64,000 nt of DNA, taken from Gemmatimonadales bacterium (GTDB taxonomy: Bacteria; Gemmatimonadota; Gemmatimonadetes; Gemmatimonadales; GWC2-71-9). Positions within the stretch are counted from its first letter, which is position 1. The number at the start of each line of letters is the position of its first letter. The position numbers and the translations under genes are program-made. The notes under the pieces were generated by a model. It was not told where the DNA came from. It saw only the letters and a program-made list of their open reading frames with translations, and did no database searches. The stretch lies in assembly GCA_011772755.1 (NCBI GenBank), contig WVYX01000291.1, positions 27,365 to 91,364 of the forward strand, read 5' to 3'. Shown here one piece after another: positions 27,239 to 37,048 of this stretch.

Positions 27239-28120
27239 TCACTTCTCCACAGCTGGTGCACGCATCGGAATCACCAGGACCGAGGTTGGCAGGCGGTTGA
27301 GCAGCCGTTCCGTTGCGCTGCCGAGCAAGACCCGGTCGACCCACCCCTTGCCGTGTGATCCCACGACCACCACATCCGCCTCCCAGGCCGCGGCTTCCTC
27401 CGCGATGGTGCGCGCAGCTGCCCCACGGCGGGTGACCGTTTCCACGGTCTCCGTCTCGGTGGCGCTTGCTACCAGCTCGGTGAACTCCTCTCCCGCGAGC
27501 CGGAAATACTCTTGTTCGTCGATCTGGATCGCCACGTCCGGAATGGGCGGAAACGATTCCACCACGTGCATCGCCCGGATCTGTGCACTGAACACGCTGG
27601 CGAATCGCAGGGCAGTCTCAAGGGTGGGTTTCCCGGCGTGGGAGAGGTCGATCGCCACCAGGATCCTGGCAATTTGGGGCCTTGGGCAGGCCGTCACGAG
27701 GATCGGAACGTCAATGGTCCGCACGGCATGATGGACCGTGCTGCCGCCGAACCACCGCACGGGAGCTGTGTGGCGCTTGCCACCGAGGACCAGCAAGCCG
27801 GCCTCGTACTCCTCAGCAACACGGCGCAAGATCCAGGCCGGGTTCCCCGCACAGATCTCCAGGTGGTCGACCACCTCGGGTGGGGCATTCCCCCTCAGAA
27901 CCTCCTCCACCCTTCGCCGGGCCCCAGCCGCGAGCCGTTGGGCGACCTCCGCCCCACCAGGTGCCTGGGCCACCACCGCTGGCACCTTGGCCATCTCCCG
28001 GGCGACATGGACCAGGCGATACTCCGCGCCAGCCGCTCGGGCGATGCTCCATGCCGTAGCGGCGGCCAGGGCCCCCTCACGGGACGCATCCACGCCGACG
28101 ACGACCGGACTCCAAGTCAT
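27239..28120 (-). CDS. tandem universal stress protein (two UspA domains)
   Basis: VVVGVDASREG... and ILVAIDLSHAG... halves, each ending in a G-x2-G-x9-G(S/T)-like block (VLGGKRH...GGSTVHHAV and VVGSHGKG...LGSATERLL). Confidence 0.85.
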   Translation of the reverse strand: MTWSPVVVGVDASREGALAAATAWSIARAAGAEYRLVHVAREMAKVPAVVAQAPGGAEVAQRLAAGARRRVEEVLRGNAPPEVVDHLEICAGNPAWILRRVAEEYEAGLLVLGGKRHTAPVRWFGGSTVHHAVRTIDVPILVTACPRPQIARILVAIDLSHAGKPTLETALRFASVFSAQIRAMHVVESFPPIPDVAIQIDEQEYFRLAGEEFTELVASATETETVETVTRRGAAARTIAEEAAAWEADVVVVGSHGKGWVDRVLLGSATERLLNRLPTSVLVIPMRAPAVEK

Positions 28121-28506
28121 GGGCTGTGCTCCTGCGTAGTTGCACCCCTCTGGCGAGCAGTCGCACCCCTGGCGACCGAGCCTGCATCGGGGGGCGTCTA
28201 AAGCTCTGCTCCAGGCCCAGTTAGCGCAAATCCAGGTGAAGCGGCATTCAGGCCGATTTCACCGCGGCTTCATACCCTGGGATCTAGGGTAGCTGTGTCA
28301 TCCTTGAAGGGTGGCCACTGCGGGCAAGCCCCAGGAGGGAGGGGCCGGCGTTCGCGACGCCGCTGAGCTTGCGAGGGGTTTCGAGCATCGGCCGCAGGCG
28401 AGACGATCGGGATCGTCGAGCAAGGAATCCGATGCAAGATCGGCGAGGCCCTGCACCCTGTCCGTTCTTGGGTGCCTAGACCGAAAGCTTGGAGGGCAAT
28501 CCCTCA

Positions 28507-28543
28507 CCCCCGGTGCACGGGAGGGCGCCGGGGGTTTTCTTTT
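28507..28543 (+). terminator. canonical intrinsic terminator on the plus strand with no plus-strand gene upstream
   Basis: 10-bp stem (28507-28516 / 28525-28534, one G-U pair), 8-nt loop, then TTTTCTTTT (28535-28543). The opposite orientation lacks a U-tract. Confidence 0.6.
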
Positions 28544-28554
28544 GGGTCCACGCC

Positions 28555-29952
28555 TCAGGTCAACTGCACCCGTTCTCCATCCTCTGCAACGACTGCAGAC
28601 CAGCCGAGACGATCCGTAATCAATCCCGCCAAGGTATCAGACGCACCGGGTTCGCCATGCACCAGATACGTTCGGTTGGGAGGGTGCTCGAACCCAGCGA
28701 GCCAGCGTAGTAACTCGCGTTGATCGGCGTGGGCGGATAGACCATGGAGGGTGTGAACCTTTGCACGCACTGGCACGTCCCGCCCGTGGATGCGGACCTG
28801 CCGCGCGCCGTCCTGCAGGGCCCGCCCCCGGGTTCCGGCAGCCTGGAAGCCCACGAGGAGAACGGTCGTGCGTCGCTGCGGAAGGCGCAACTTCATGTGG
28901 TGCAGGATGCGCCCGCCGGTGGCCATGCCGCTGGCCGAAATGATGATCACCGGACCTTTGACATCATTGAGAGCTATGGATTCCTCGCGCCCCCGGGCGA
29001 AGCGGAACTGTTCGGGACGGAGGGGGTGCTCGCCAGCTTCCATGAGGCGCCGCATGTCGGGGTCGTGCTCCTCCGTCCGTCGCCGATAGAGTTTGGTCAC
29101 GTCGATGGCCATGGGACTGTCCATGTAGACCGGTAGCTTGGGGATTCGACCATCGTCTTCGAGCTGCCGCAGCCGCCAGAGCAGTTCCTGTGTTCGTCCC
29201 ACGGCGAAGGCGGGGATGAGAATCGCGTGACCCCGGTCCGCCGACCGGCGCACGATGGCCGCTAGGTCCTCGTCTGGGTCTGCCTCGTGCATCCGGTTGC
29301 CGTACGTCGATTCCACGAGCAGATACTCGGCGTGGGGAATGAGTTCCGGATCGTGTAGGATCGGACGGTCCCACCGGCCTAGATCACCAGAGAACGCCAC
29401 CTGTATGGGCTTCTTGCCGTCGAGGCTCAGCTCGATGCTCGCGGAGCCCAGGATGTGGCCCGCAGTGCGAAACAGTGCTGTCACTCCATCCGCTACTTCG
29501 AAGGGCGTCTGATACGGGCGAGCCTTCAGTAGCCCGAGCGCGGCATCGGCATCGACGCGGGTGAACAGCGGCAGGGCTGGCCGGTGCTTGGTGCGGCCCC
29601 GCCGGTTGAGGTGCTCCGCCTGCTCCTCCTGCAGATGGGCTGCGTCCCGCAGTAGGATCCCTAGCAGGCCTCCCGTCGCGCCGGTGCATAACACCGGTCC
29701 GCTGAAGCCGTTGCGCACGAGCACCGGTAGGTAGCCCGTGTGGTCGATATGGGCGTGACTCAGGACGACGGCATCGATCGAACCGGGGTCGACCGGTGGT
29801 TCGCTCCAGTTGCGCAGCCGGAGCCGCTTCAGGCCCTGGAACATTCCGCAGTCCAGCAGCACCCGCTGCCCGCCGACTGTGACCAGGTGCTTGGACCCCG
29901 TCACCGTCCCGGCGGCACCGAGGAATTGGACACTCCGATGGTTCTGGGCCAT
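28555..29952 (-). CDS. beta-CASP family MBL-fold nuclease (RNA-metabolising metallo-beta-lactamase)
   Basis: Start at ATG 29952. VQFLGAAGTVTGSKHLV, HAHIDHTGYLP (HxHxDH), and SAHAD near the C-terminus, which is the typical beta-CASP layout. Confidence 0.85.
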   Translation of the reverse strand: MAQNHRSVQFLGAAGTVTGSKHLVTVGGQRVLLDCGMFQGLKRLRLRNWSEPPVDPGSIDAVVLSHAHIDHTGYLPVLVRNGFSGPVLCTGATGGLLGILLRDAAHLQEEQAEHLNRRGRTKHRPALPLFTRVDADAALGLLKARPYQTPFEVADGVTALFRTAGHILGSASIELSLDGKKPIQVAFSGDLGRWDRPILHDPELIPHAEYLLVESTYGNRMHEADPDEDLAAIVRRSADRGHAILIPAFAVGRTQELLWRLRQLEDDGRIPKLPVYMDSPMAIDVTKLYRRRTEEHDPDMRRLMEAGEHPLRPEQFRFARGREESIALNDVKGPVIIISASGMATGGRILHHMKLRLPQRRTTVLLVGFQAAGTRGRALQDGARQVRIHGRDVPVRAKVHTLHGLSAHADQRELLRWLAGFEHPPNRTYLVHGEPGASDTLAGLITDRLGWSAVVAEDGERVQLT

Positions 29953-30021
29953 GGGTGAGAGCGGCTCGAGTGAGGGAGAAGGGAGGGAGGTTCTCGTCAC
30001 CCCTCCCTCCTCCCTCCCTTC

Positions 30022-32184
30022 CTACGGCAGCAGGACCTCCATTGCAAGGTTCTCCACGAGGAACGCCCACCGATCGGCCTGCTCCTGGATGATCATGCTG
30101 GTGGGCTTCCCGGCGCCGTGCCCGGCCTTGGTCTGGATGCGGATCAGGACGGGCTTGGGACCCACATGAGCGGCCTGCAGTGCTGCTGTGTACTTGAAGG
30201 AGTGGCCCGGCACGACCCGGTCGTCGTGATCGGCGGTCGTGATCAGCACTGCCGGGTACGCCGTTCTCGGTTCGACGTTGTGCAGCGGCGAGTACGCGTG
30301 GATGAATGGGAAGTGCTCCGGGTTGTCAGGCGATCCGTAGTCCGAGACCCAGGCCCACCCGATCGTGAACTTGTGGAAGCGAAGCATGTCCATGACGCCG
30401 ACGGCGGGAAGCGCTGCCCCGAAAAGGTCGGGACGCTGGTTGAGCACCGCGCCAACCAGGAGACCGCCGTTCGACGCCCCGCCGATCGCCAGCTTCTCGG
30501 TTGAAGTGTAGCCCTCGCGTATCAGGAAGTCGGCAGCGGCGACGAAATCGTCGAATACGTTCTGCTTGTTCTCCAACATGCCGGCACGATGCCATTGCTC
30601 GCCGTACTCGCCTCCGCCGCGCAGGTTCGGCACTGCGTACACCCCGCCCATCTCGAGCCAGACGAGGTTGCTGATGGAAAATCCCGGTGTGAGGCTGATG
30701 TTGAAGCCCCCGTACCCGTAGAGGTACGTAGGATTGGAACCGTCGAGGCGGATGCCCTTGCGGTGGGTGATGAACATCGGTATCCGGGTGCCGTCCTTGC
30801 TGTGGTAGAAGACTTGTGTGGTCTCGTACCCCGACGGGTCGAAGTCAATATCCGGGGATTTGAATACCGAAGTCTCGCTCGTCGTGAAGTCGTAGCGGAA
30901 GATCGTCGTCGGGTAGAGGTACGACGTGAAAGCGTAGAACATCTCGTCGTCGTCCCGCTCACCACTCACGCCGCCCACGCTGCCGATGGTGGGAAGCTCC
31001 AGGTCGCCCAGGTGACGACCGTTCATGGCGAACAGGGCGATCCGGGTGTGCGCGTCATGCAGGTAGTTGGCGACGAACGTGTTGTGGACGATCTGCACGA
31101 AGTTGAGGACGTCTGAGCCTTCCGGGATGAGTTCCCGCCAGTGCTCCCGCTCGGGACTGGTGACGTCGATCGCGATCAACCGCCTCCGTGGCGCGTCGAG
31201 ATCGGTGTAGAAGTAGAAGACCGGGCCGTCATTGCCCACGAAACTGTAGCTGGCATCGAAGTCATCCAGCAAGCGCACCATGGGCCCGTTCAGTGTCGGG
31301 TTGTTGGCCTCCACTAGGTCTGTGTAATAGACCCGATTCCGCCGATCCGTCCCGTGCCAGACGCTTACGACTAGATACCGGCCATCGTCGGTGACGTCCC
31401 CGCTGAAGCCCCACTCAGGCTGGTCCGGCCGCTCGTACACGAGCACGTCCTCGGACTGATCAGTGCCGAGGCTATGGTAGTAGAGTTTCTGGTTGCGGTT
31501 GGTGGATTGCAGCGTGTCCTTGCCAACAGGCTTCTGGTATCGACTGTAGAAGAACCCGGCACCGTCGTGGGTCCAGGAAGCGCCGGAGAACTTGATCCAG
31601 CGGAGGTGATCGGGATGGTCCCGTCGGGCGACGACGTCCCGCACCCGGAATTCGCGCCAATCCGAGCCGCTGGCCGCCGTCCCGTAGACCATCACGTTGC
31701 CGTCATCGGAGAAGGCGAGGGTGGTGAGGGCCACTGTCCCGTCTTCCGAGAATCTGTTGGGGTCGAGCAGAATGGCGGGCTCCGCCTCCAGCGTCTCCTG
31801 CATGTAGAGCACCGACTGATTCTGGAGGCCGTCGTTCTTGAAGAAGAAATACCGTCCCCCCTCCTTGAACGGCGTTCCGTACCTGGGATAGTCCCAAAGC
31901 TCCGTCAGTCGAGCCCTGATGGCCTCTCGCTGGGGCAGCGCGTTGAGATAGGCGAAGGTCACGCAGTTCTGTGCCTCGATCCACTCCCTGGTGTCGTCGG
32001 CGTCCACATCTTCGAGCCAACGATATGGATCTGGTACCTTCGTGCCGTGATAGTCGTCCTCCAGGTCGACTTTCTTGGCGACCGGGAGGGTACAGTCCGG
32101 TTCCTGGGCGGGGACGGGTGTGGCGAGCGCGATGAACGCGCAGCCGACCCCTACCAGCCCCCAGTGCATGGCCCGCATCCTCAT
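30022..32184 (-). CDS. prolyl oligopeptidase (S9A)
   Basis: 720 aa with a signal peptide and beta-propeller. Catalytic GGASNGGLL, ...DHDDRV... and ...KAGHGAGKP (Ser/Asp/His order). Confidence 0.9.
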   Translation of the reverse strand: MRMRAMHWGLVGVGCAFIALATPVPAQEPDCTLPVAKKVDLEDDYHGTKVPDPYRWLEDVDADDTREWIEAQNCVTFAYLNALPQREAIRARLTELWDYPRYGTPFKEGGRYFFFKNDGLQNQSVLYMQETLEAEPAILLDPNRFSEDGTVALTTLAFSDDGNVMVYGTAASGSDWREFRVRDVVARRDHPDHLRWIKFSGASWTHDGAGFFYSRYQKPVGKDTLQSTNRNQKLYYHSLGTDQSEDVLVYERPDQPEWGFSGDVTDDGRYLVVSVWHGTDRRNRVYYTDLVEANNPTLNGPMVRLLDDFDASYSFVGNDGPVFYFYTDLDAPRRRLIAIDVTSPEREHWRELIPEGSDVLNFVQIVHNTFVANYLHDAHTRIALFAMNGRHLGDLELPTIGSVGGVSGERDDDEMFYAFTSYLYPTTIFRYDFTTSETSVFKSPDIDFDPSGYETTQVFYHSKDGTRIPMFITHRKGIRLDGSNPTYLYGYGGFNISLTPGFSISNLVWLEMGGVYAVPNLRGGGEYGEQWHRAGMLENKQNVFDDFVAAADFLIREGYTSTEKLAIGGASNGGLLVGAVLNQRPDLFGAALPAVGVMDMLRFHKFTIGWAWVSDYGSPDNPEHFPFIHAYSPLHNVEPRTAYPAVLITTADHDDRVVPGHSFKYTAALQAAHVGPKPVLIRIQTKAGHGAGKPTSMIIQEQADRWAFLVENLAMEVLLP

Positions 32185-32284
32185 GGTGCTTCCTCCTGTT
32201 GGTCCGGTATCCCCGTCGTCGATGTCACCACGATAGTTTTCCTAGAGGAATCCGCGGCGTCAATGGAGGAGCTGGCAGCCCGTC

Positions 32285-33400
32285 ATGAAATGGTCGTGGA
32301 AGCTCGGTCGAGTCTCCGGAATCAAGATTCAGGTCCACTGGACGTTCCTGATCATCATCGCCTGGGTCGTGCTGCTACACGTGTCCCAAGGCGCCAGCGC
32401 CGCAGCCATGGTCGGTGGGGTGGCCCTCGTGTTGGCGGTGTTTGGCTGCGTCGTGTTGCATGAACTCGGTCATGCGCTCACGGCCAAGCGCTTCGGGATC
32501 AGTACGCGGGACATCACGCTCCTGCCGATAGGGGGTGTGGCGCGGCTGGAGAAGATGCCGGAGAAGCCCAGGGAGGAGTTGTTGGTCGCGGTAGCCGGAC
32601 CGGCGGTGAATTGCGCGATCGCCACGCTGCTGGCCCTCGGACTCGGGCTCGCCCGTGCGCACCAGCCGGTTGCCGAGGTGACCGTGGTGGGCGGCAACCT
32701 GTTTGCCCAGTTGATGTGGATCAACGTCATCCTGGTCCTCTTCAATCTGTTGCCGGCCTTTCCCATGGATGGAGGGCGGATTCTCCGGGCGCTGCTCGCA
32801 TACCGGCTGGACTACCTCCGGTCCACGCGGATCGCCGCCGCGGTGGGCCAGATGATGGCAATCCTGTTCGGGTTTGTCGGTCTGCTCAGCAATCCTTTTC
32901 TCGTCGTCATCGCCATCTTTGTCTACCTCGGCGCCCAGGCCGAGGCACAGCAAGTGCAGGTCCGCTTCGCCCTCGAGGGGGTCAGTGTGCGGGAAGCGAT
33001 GATGACGCGCTTCCAGGTGCTCACGGCGCACCACACGCTGAATGACGCGGTGGGAGAACTGCTGGCCGGCGCACAGCAGGACTTTCCGGTGCTGGAGGAC
33101 GACCGCCTGGTGGGGATGCTGATTCGGGGGGACCTCGTGAAGGCGCTAAAGGATAGGACGCGGGACACGTCGGTCACCGAGGTCATGCGCCGAGAGTATC
33201 AGGTGGTCGACGAGAACGAGGATCTTCACAGCGCCCTGCTGCGAATGCGTAGGGGACGGTGTGCCTCAGTTCCCGCAGTACGCGGCCAGTCAGTGGTCGG
33301 ATTGCTGACGCTGGAGAACGTAGGCGAGCTGCTCATGGTCAGTTCCGCGCTGCGGGGTGTTAGTCGCGACAAGATGGCGGAGATCTTCGCCACCGACTGA
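32285..33400 (+). CDS. site-2 protease family (M50) metalloprotease with CBS pair
   Basis: HELGHAL and NLLPAFPMDGG motifs, plus a C-terminal CBS pair. Confidence 0.88.
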   Translation: MKWSWKLGRVSGIKIQVHWTFLIIIAWVVLLHVSQGASAAAMVGGVALVLAVFGCVVLHELGHALTAKRFGISTRDITLLPIGGVARLEKMPEKPREELLVAVAGPAVNCAIATLLALGLGLARAHQPVAEVTVVGGNLFAQLMWINVILVLFNLLPAFPMDGGRILRALLAYRLDYLRSTRIAAAVGQMMAILFGFVGLLSNPFLVVIAIFVYLGAQAEAQQVQVRFALEGVSVREAMMTRFQVLTAHHTLNDAVGELLAGAQQDFPVLEDDRLVGMLIRGDLVKALKDRTRDTSVTEVMRREYQVVDENEDLHSALLRMRRGRCASVPAVRGQSVVGLLTLENVGELLMVSSALRGVSRDKMAEIFATD

Positions 33401-33610
33401 AGCCAACCGGGTCAGCCGCGCGCGGGCTGGGACGGTGTGCGGTATGTCTTAGATCAGGAACCCACCAGACAGCTATATTCTCCCGTGTCGAGGCGCCTTG
33501 TCGTTCTGCAACCCAAGGCGCCGCAAGCACTTGGGCCGCGGCCCGTGTCCACTCGGCGCCGCCCACCGTAGCAGCGCCCGGAGCATGAGTTCGCGGTCAG
33601 GAACGGGGCC

Positions 33611-36600
33611 ATGACCGACCCGAAATCGCCTGGCGCACCCCAAGGCACAACCAGGCCTAGCCGGGCATCTCTCCTCGCCCGCGGGCCGGATGAGGTGCGG
33701 CGCGAGGGTGCCCTCGAGCAGCGGATCGAGGGCGAGCTCCGGAAGGTGCTGACTCGGCGGTTGCTTTCTGACAACGAGACGGCGGGGGCAGTGGACCTGG
33801 TGCTCCTGGTGGTGGTGGCGGTGTTGCTGTGGGGCAAGGTACCGGCCGTCTCGCTCGTCCTCTGGCTGGCGATCGTTGGGCTGGCGGGACTGGCGCGGGC
33901 TGTCATCAGCCATCGCTTGTCTGCCATGGACGTTGCGGCGCCCTACGCCACGAGGGCGCTGCGGGGAAGTGTGCTGGTGCATGGGCTCGCGTGGGCGGCG
34001 GGGACAGCCGTCATTGCCCCGGGACTCCCGCAACCTGACCTCGCCCTGATCGTGGTGGTGTTCGTCGGCTTGGTGGCGGCAGCTACGGTCACCCTGATCG
34101 CCGATGCCGTCAGCTTCTACGGATTCACTGCGGTGCTCCTCGGCCCCTTGGCCCTTACCATGTTGCTCAACGGACAGGGGCGTTTCCCCCTAGTGGCGAT
34201 CGCACTGGTTGCCGTCCTGGCGGTGGCCCTGGCGCTGCTATACCGCCGCTTCCGGGGTCAGCTGCTGGAGCATCTGCGGACTGCGAAGCGTCTGGAACTC
34301 AGTGAGGCGGAGGCTGCGAGGGATCGCCGGTTCCTGGATGCGCTACTGTCGAGCGCCCCGGACGCCATCGTGGCCGTCGGCCGCGACGGCCGCGCCCTGG
34401 GCATCAACCCCTCATTTGAGCGGCTGTTCGGCTACACGGCGGACGAGGTGGTGGGCCGTGAAGTGAACGATCTGATCGTACCGGAGTCGCAGCTCGATGC
34501 CGCGAAGTGGCTGCATGAGGAGCTGCGGGCAGGTCGAACCGTGGTCGCCGAAACAGAGCGGCGCCACAAGGACGGTGACCTCATTGCTGTGCGGGTTTCG
34601 GCGGCTTCGGCCGGTCGGGAGGCCGAGGGAGCAGCGTTTGTCCTCTATGAAGATCTCACGGCCGTGAAGCTGGCGGAGCGTGCCTTGCGTGAGGCCCAGG
34701 AGCAGTATCGGGAGCTGGTGGAGTCAGCGACCGATCTCGTTTGGCAGCTGGATCGGGAAGGACGATGGACCTTCCTCAACGCGGCGTGTGCGCGGATCTA
34801 TGGGGCGCCGGCTGAGGAGCTGCTGGGGCGACCGTTTACAGAGCGCGTGGATCCCGAGCACTTGGAGCGGGATCTGGAGGCGTTTCGCGCGGCTCTTCGC
34901 GGCGCCGGAGCAACGGACTACGAGACGGTCCATCGGGATGTGCGAGGAACCAGAAAGCACCTGAGCTTCGCGTCGCGGCCGGTTCGTGGGTCCACAGGGA
35001 CCATCGTCGGCGCCCGCGGCATCGCCCGTGACGTCTCCGAGCGCGTCGCGGCGCGGGAGGCGCTCGAAGCCGCCCGTGAAGCGGCCGTGCGAACGGCGCA
35101 AACGAAGAGCGCATTCCTTGCAACGGTGAGTCATGAGATCCGCACCCCCATGAACGGCGTGCTGGGTATGCTCGAGCTGTTGCTCGACGGTGAGTTGACC
35201 GGTGAGCAGCGCCGTTCTGCGGAGTTCGCCCGCAGCTCGGCCGAGGCGCTCCTGACGGTGATCAACGACGTCTTGGACTTCTCCAAGATCGAGGCGGGCC
35301 AGGTCGAACTCGAGGAAGTCACCTTCGATCTGCCATCCCTGGTGAGCTCGGTGGTTCGCCTCCTGGCGGTGCAGGCCTCCGAGCGTGGGCTGGAGCTGGT
35401 GTGCGACGTTCCTCCCGAAGTGCCCCGGCTGGTGCGTGGCGATCCGGGTCGCCTGCGTCAAGTCCTGACCAACTTGGTCGGAAACGCCGTCAAGTTCACG
35501 GAAAGCGGGGAAGTGGTGGTTTCCGTGTCGCTCGAGGCGCAGCGGGACGGCAATGCGGTGACGAGATTCGCCGTACGTGATACGGGTGTCGGCATACCGG
35601 CTGACAAGCTGGAGACCATCTTCGAGGAGTTCACCCAGGGTGACGTGTCCACCACGCGGGAGTACGGTGGCACCGGCCTGGGTCTCACCATATCCAGGCG
35701 GTTGGTTCGGTTGATGGGGAGCGACATCAGAGTGACGAGCGCGCCAGGGCAGGGCAGCGTTTTCGGTTTCTCTGTGGCATTCCCGGTGGAGCCCCTGCAG
35801 CCGGCAGCCGCGGCGCGGGAAATGGAGCGCCTGCGGGGCGTCCGAGCGCTCGTTGTGGACGACAATCCCACCAACCGCCGAGTCGTGCGGGAGATTCTTG
35901 GCCCTGCGGGTGTGGCGGTGGACGAGGTCTCGGCAGCGGGCCCTGCGCTGGAACGGCTGCGGCGGGCGCGGATGGAAGGTACGCCGTACGTCCTGGCCAT
36001 CCTCGATGCGTTCATGCCCGGGCAGGACGGGTTCGAGATGGCGGAGGCCGTTCGCTCCGACCCCGAGTTGCGCGACATCAAGCTGATGATGCTCACGTCG
36101 GCGGGCCAGCGGGGTGACGGGCAGCGATGTCGGGAACTCGGGATCGATGCGTACCTGACCAAGCCGGCCTCCCGGTTGGAGCTGCTGGAAGTCACCGCCG
36201 CTGTCCTGGCCGGGTCCGGTGCAACCGCATACCCCGGGAGGCTGATCACGCGGTATTCGATCAGAGAATGTCGGGAGCCGCGCCACATCCTGCTCGCCGA
36301 AGACAATCCCGTGAATCAGCAGATAACGGTCGCCATGCTGCGTAGGCGGGGGCACACGGTCGACGTGGTCGAGAACGGCCGGCAGGCGGTGGAGGCCGTG
36401 GCTAGGCAGGCGTACGACGCAGTGCTGATGGATGTGCAGATGCCCGGTATGGACGGAGTGGAGGCGACTCGGGAGATCCGCCGGGACCCCAAGTCTGTGC
36501 ACCTCCCGATCGTTGCCCTCACCGCCCATGCCATCGCTCCGGAACGCGAGCGCTGTCACGCGGCCGGCATGAGTGGATATGTGGTCAAGCCGTTCAAGCC

Positions 36601-37048
36601 ACACGAGCTGTTCGCGGTAGTCGAGGGATGGGCGCTGGCTACCGAGGTCGGGGACGCACCTGTGATGGAGGCCGCGGAGTCGGCGCCGCCCGTCGCTCTC
36701 GAGGAGCTTCGTGGAATGATGCGCGAAGCGGGGGCCGAGGAGGCCGTCGACCGCATGCTCGAGGTATTTGTGGTAGACGCGCCGGAGCGAATGGCCGCAC
36801 TGGAGGTAGCGGTAGCCAGCGGCGACGCTGAGCGGATTCGGGAAGCGGCGCACGCATACAAGTCGGCTGCGGGAACCATGGCGGCGTATCACCTGGCCGC
36901 TCTCCTGGAAGAGGTTGAGCGTGCCGGTCGGGCAGGCGATAGCGCGGGCGCGTCGCAGCTGCTCGGGCGTGTTCGCCAGGCGCACGACGCGGTCCTCGAC
37001 TACCTCGAAGCCAGCCAGGGGCAGGACAGCAGTACGACGAAACGATAG
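33611..37048 (+). CDS. hybrid sensor histidine kinase (membrane sensor, 2 PAS, HisKA-HATPase, 2 REC, HPt)
   Basis: N-terminal multi-TM region and two PAS segments. H-box SHEIRTPMNGVLG, HATPase GTGLGLTIS. REC Asp sites LDAFMPGQDG and LMDVQMPGMDG. HPt HAYKSAAGT. Confidence 0.9.
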   Translation: MTDPKSPGAPQGTTRPSRASLLARGPDEVRREGALEQRIEGELRKVLTRRLLSDNETAGAVDLVLLVVVAVLLWGKVPAVSLVLWLAIVGLAGLARAVISHRLSAMDVAAPYATRALRGSVLVHGLAWAAGTAVIAPGLPQPDLALIVVVFVGLVAAATVTLIADAVSFYGFTAVLLGPLALTMLLNGQGRFPLVAIALVAVLAVALALLYRRFRGQLLEHLRTAKRLELSEAEAARDRRFLDALLSSAPDAIVAVGRDGRALGINPSFERLFGYTADEVVGREVNDLIVPESQLDAAKWLHEELRAGRTVVAETERRHKDGDLIAVRVSAASAGREAEGAAFVLYEDLTAVKLAERALREAQEQYRELVESATDLVWQLDREGRWTFLNAACARIYGAPAEELLGRPFTERVDPEHLERDLEAFRAALRGAGATDYETVHRDVRGTRKHLSFASRPVRGSTGTIVGARGIARDVSERVAAREALEAAREAAVRTAQTKSAFLATVSHEIRTPMNGVLGMLELLLDGELTGEQRRSAEFARSSAEALLTVINDVLDFSKIEAGQVELEEVTFDLPSLVSSVVRLLAVQASERGLELVCDVPPEVPRLVRGDPGRLRQVLTNLVGNAVKFTESGEVVVSVSLEAQRDGNAVTRFAVRDTGVGIPADKLETIFEEFTQGDVSTTREYGGTGLGLTISRRLVRLMGSDIRVTSAPGQGSVFGFSVAFPVEPLQPAAAAREMERLRGVRALVVDDNPTNRRVVREILGPAGVAVDEVSAAGPALERLRRARMEGTPYVLAILDAFMPGQDGFEMAEAVRSDPELRDIKLMMLTSAGQRGDGQRCRELGIDAYLTKPASRLELLEVTAAVLAGSGATAYPGRLITRYSIRECREPRHILLAEDNPVNQQITVAMLRRRGHTVDVVENGRQAVEAVARQAYDAVLMDVQMPGMDGVEATREIRRDPKSVHLPIVALTAHAIAPERERCHAAGMSGYVVKPFKPHELFAVVEGWALATEVGDAPVMEAAESAPPVALEELRGMMREAGAEEAVDRMLEVFVVDAPERMAALEVAVASGDAERIREAAHAYKSAAGTMAAYHLAALLEEVERAGRAGDSAGASQLLGRVRQAHDAVLDYLEASQGQDSSTTKR

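Noticed and set aside
28200-28543. Possibility that the structured gap is RNase P RNA, tmRNA or SRP RNA
   Set aside because: By eye I could not find GAGGAAAGUCC / ACAGAAxCCGGCUUA (RNase P), a tRNA-like GGUUCGAxUCC...CCA end with a tag ORF (tmRNA), or GGAAGCAGCC-type domain IV (SRP) on either strand. It is kept only as an unclassified candidate.
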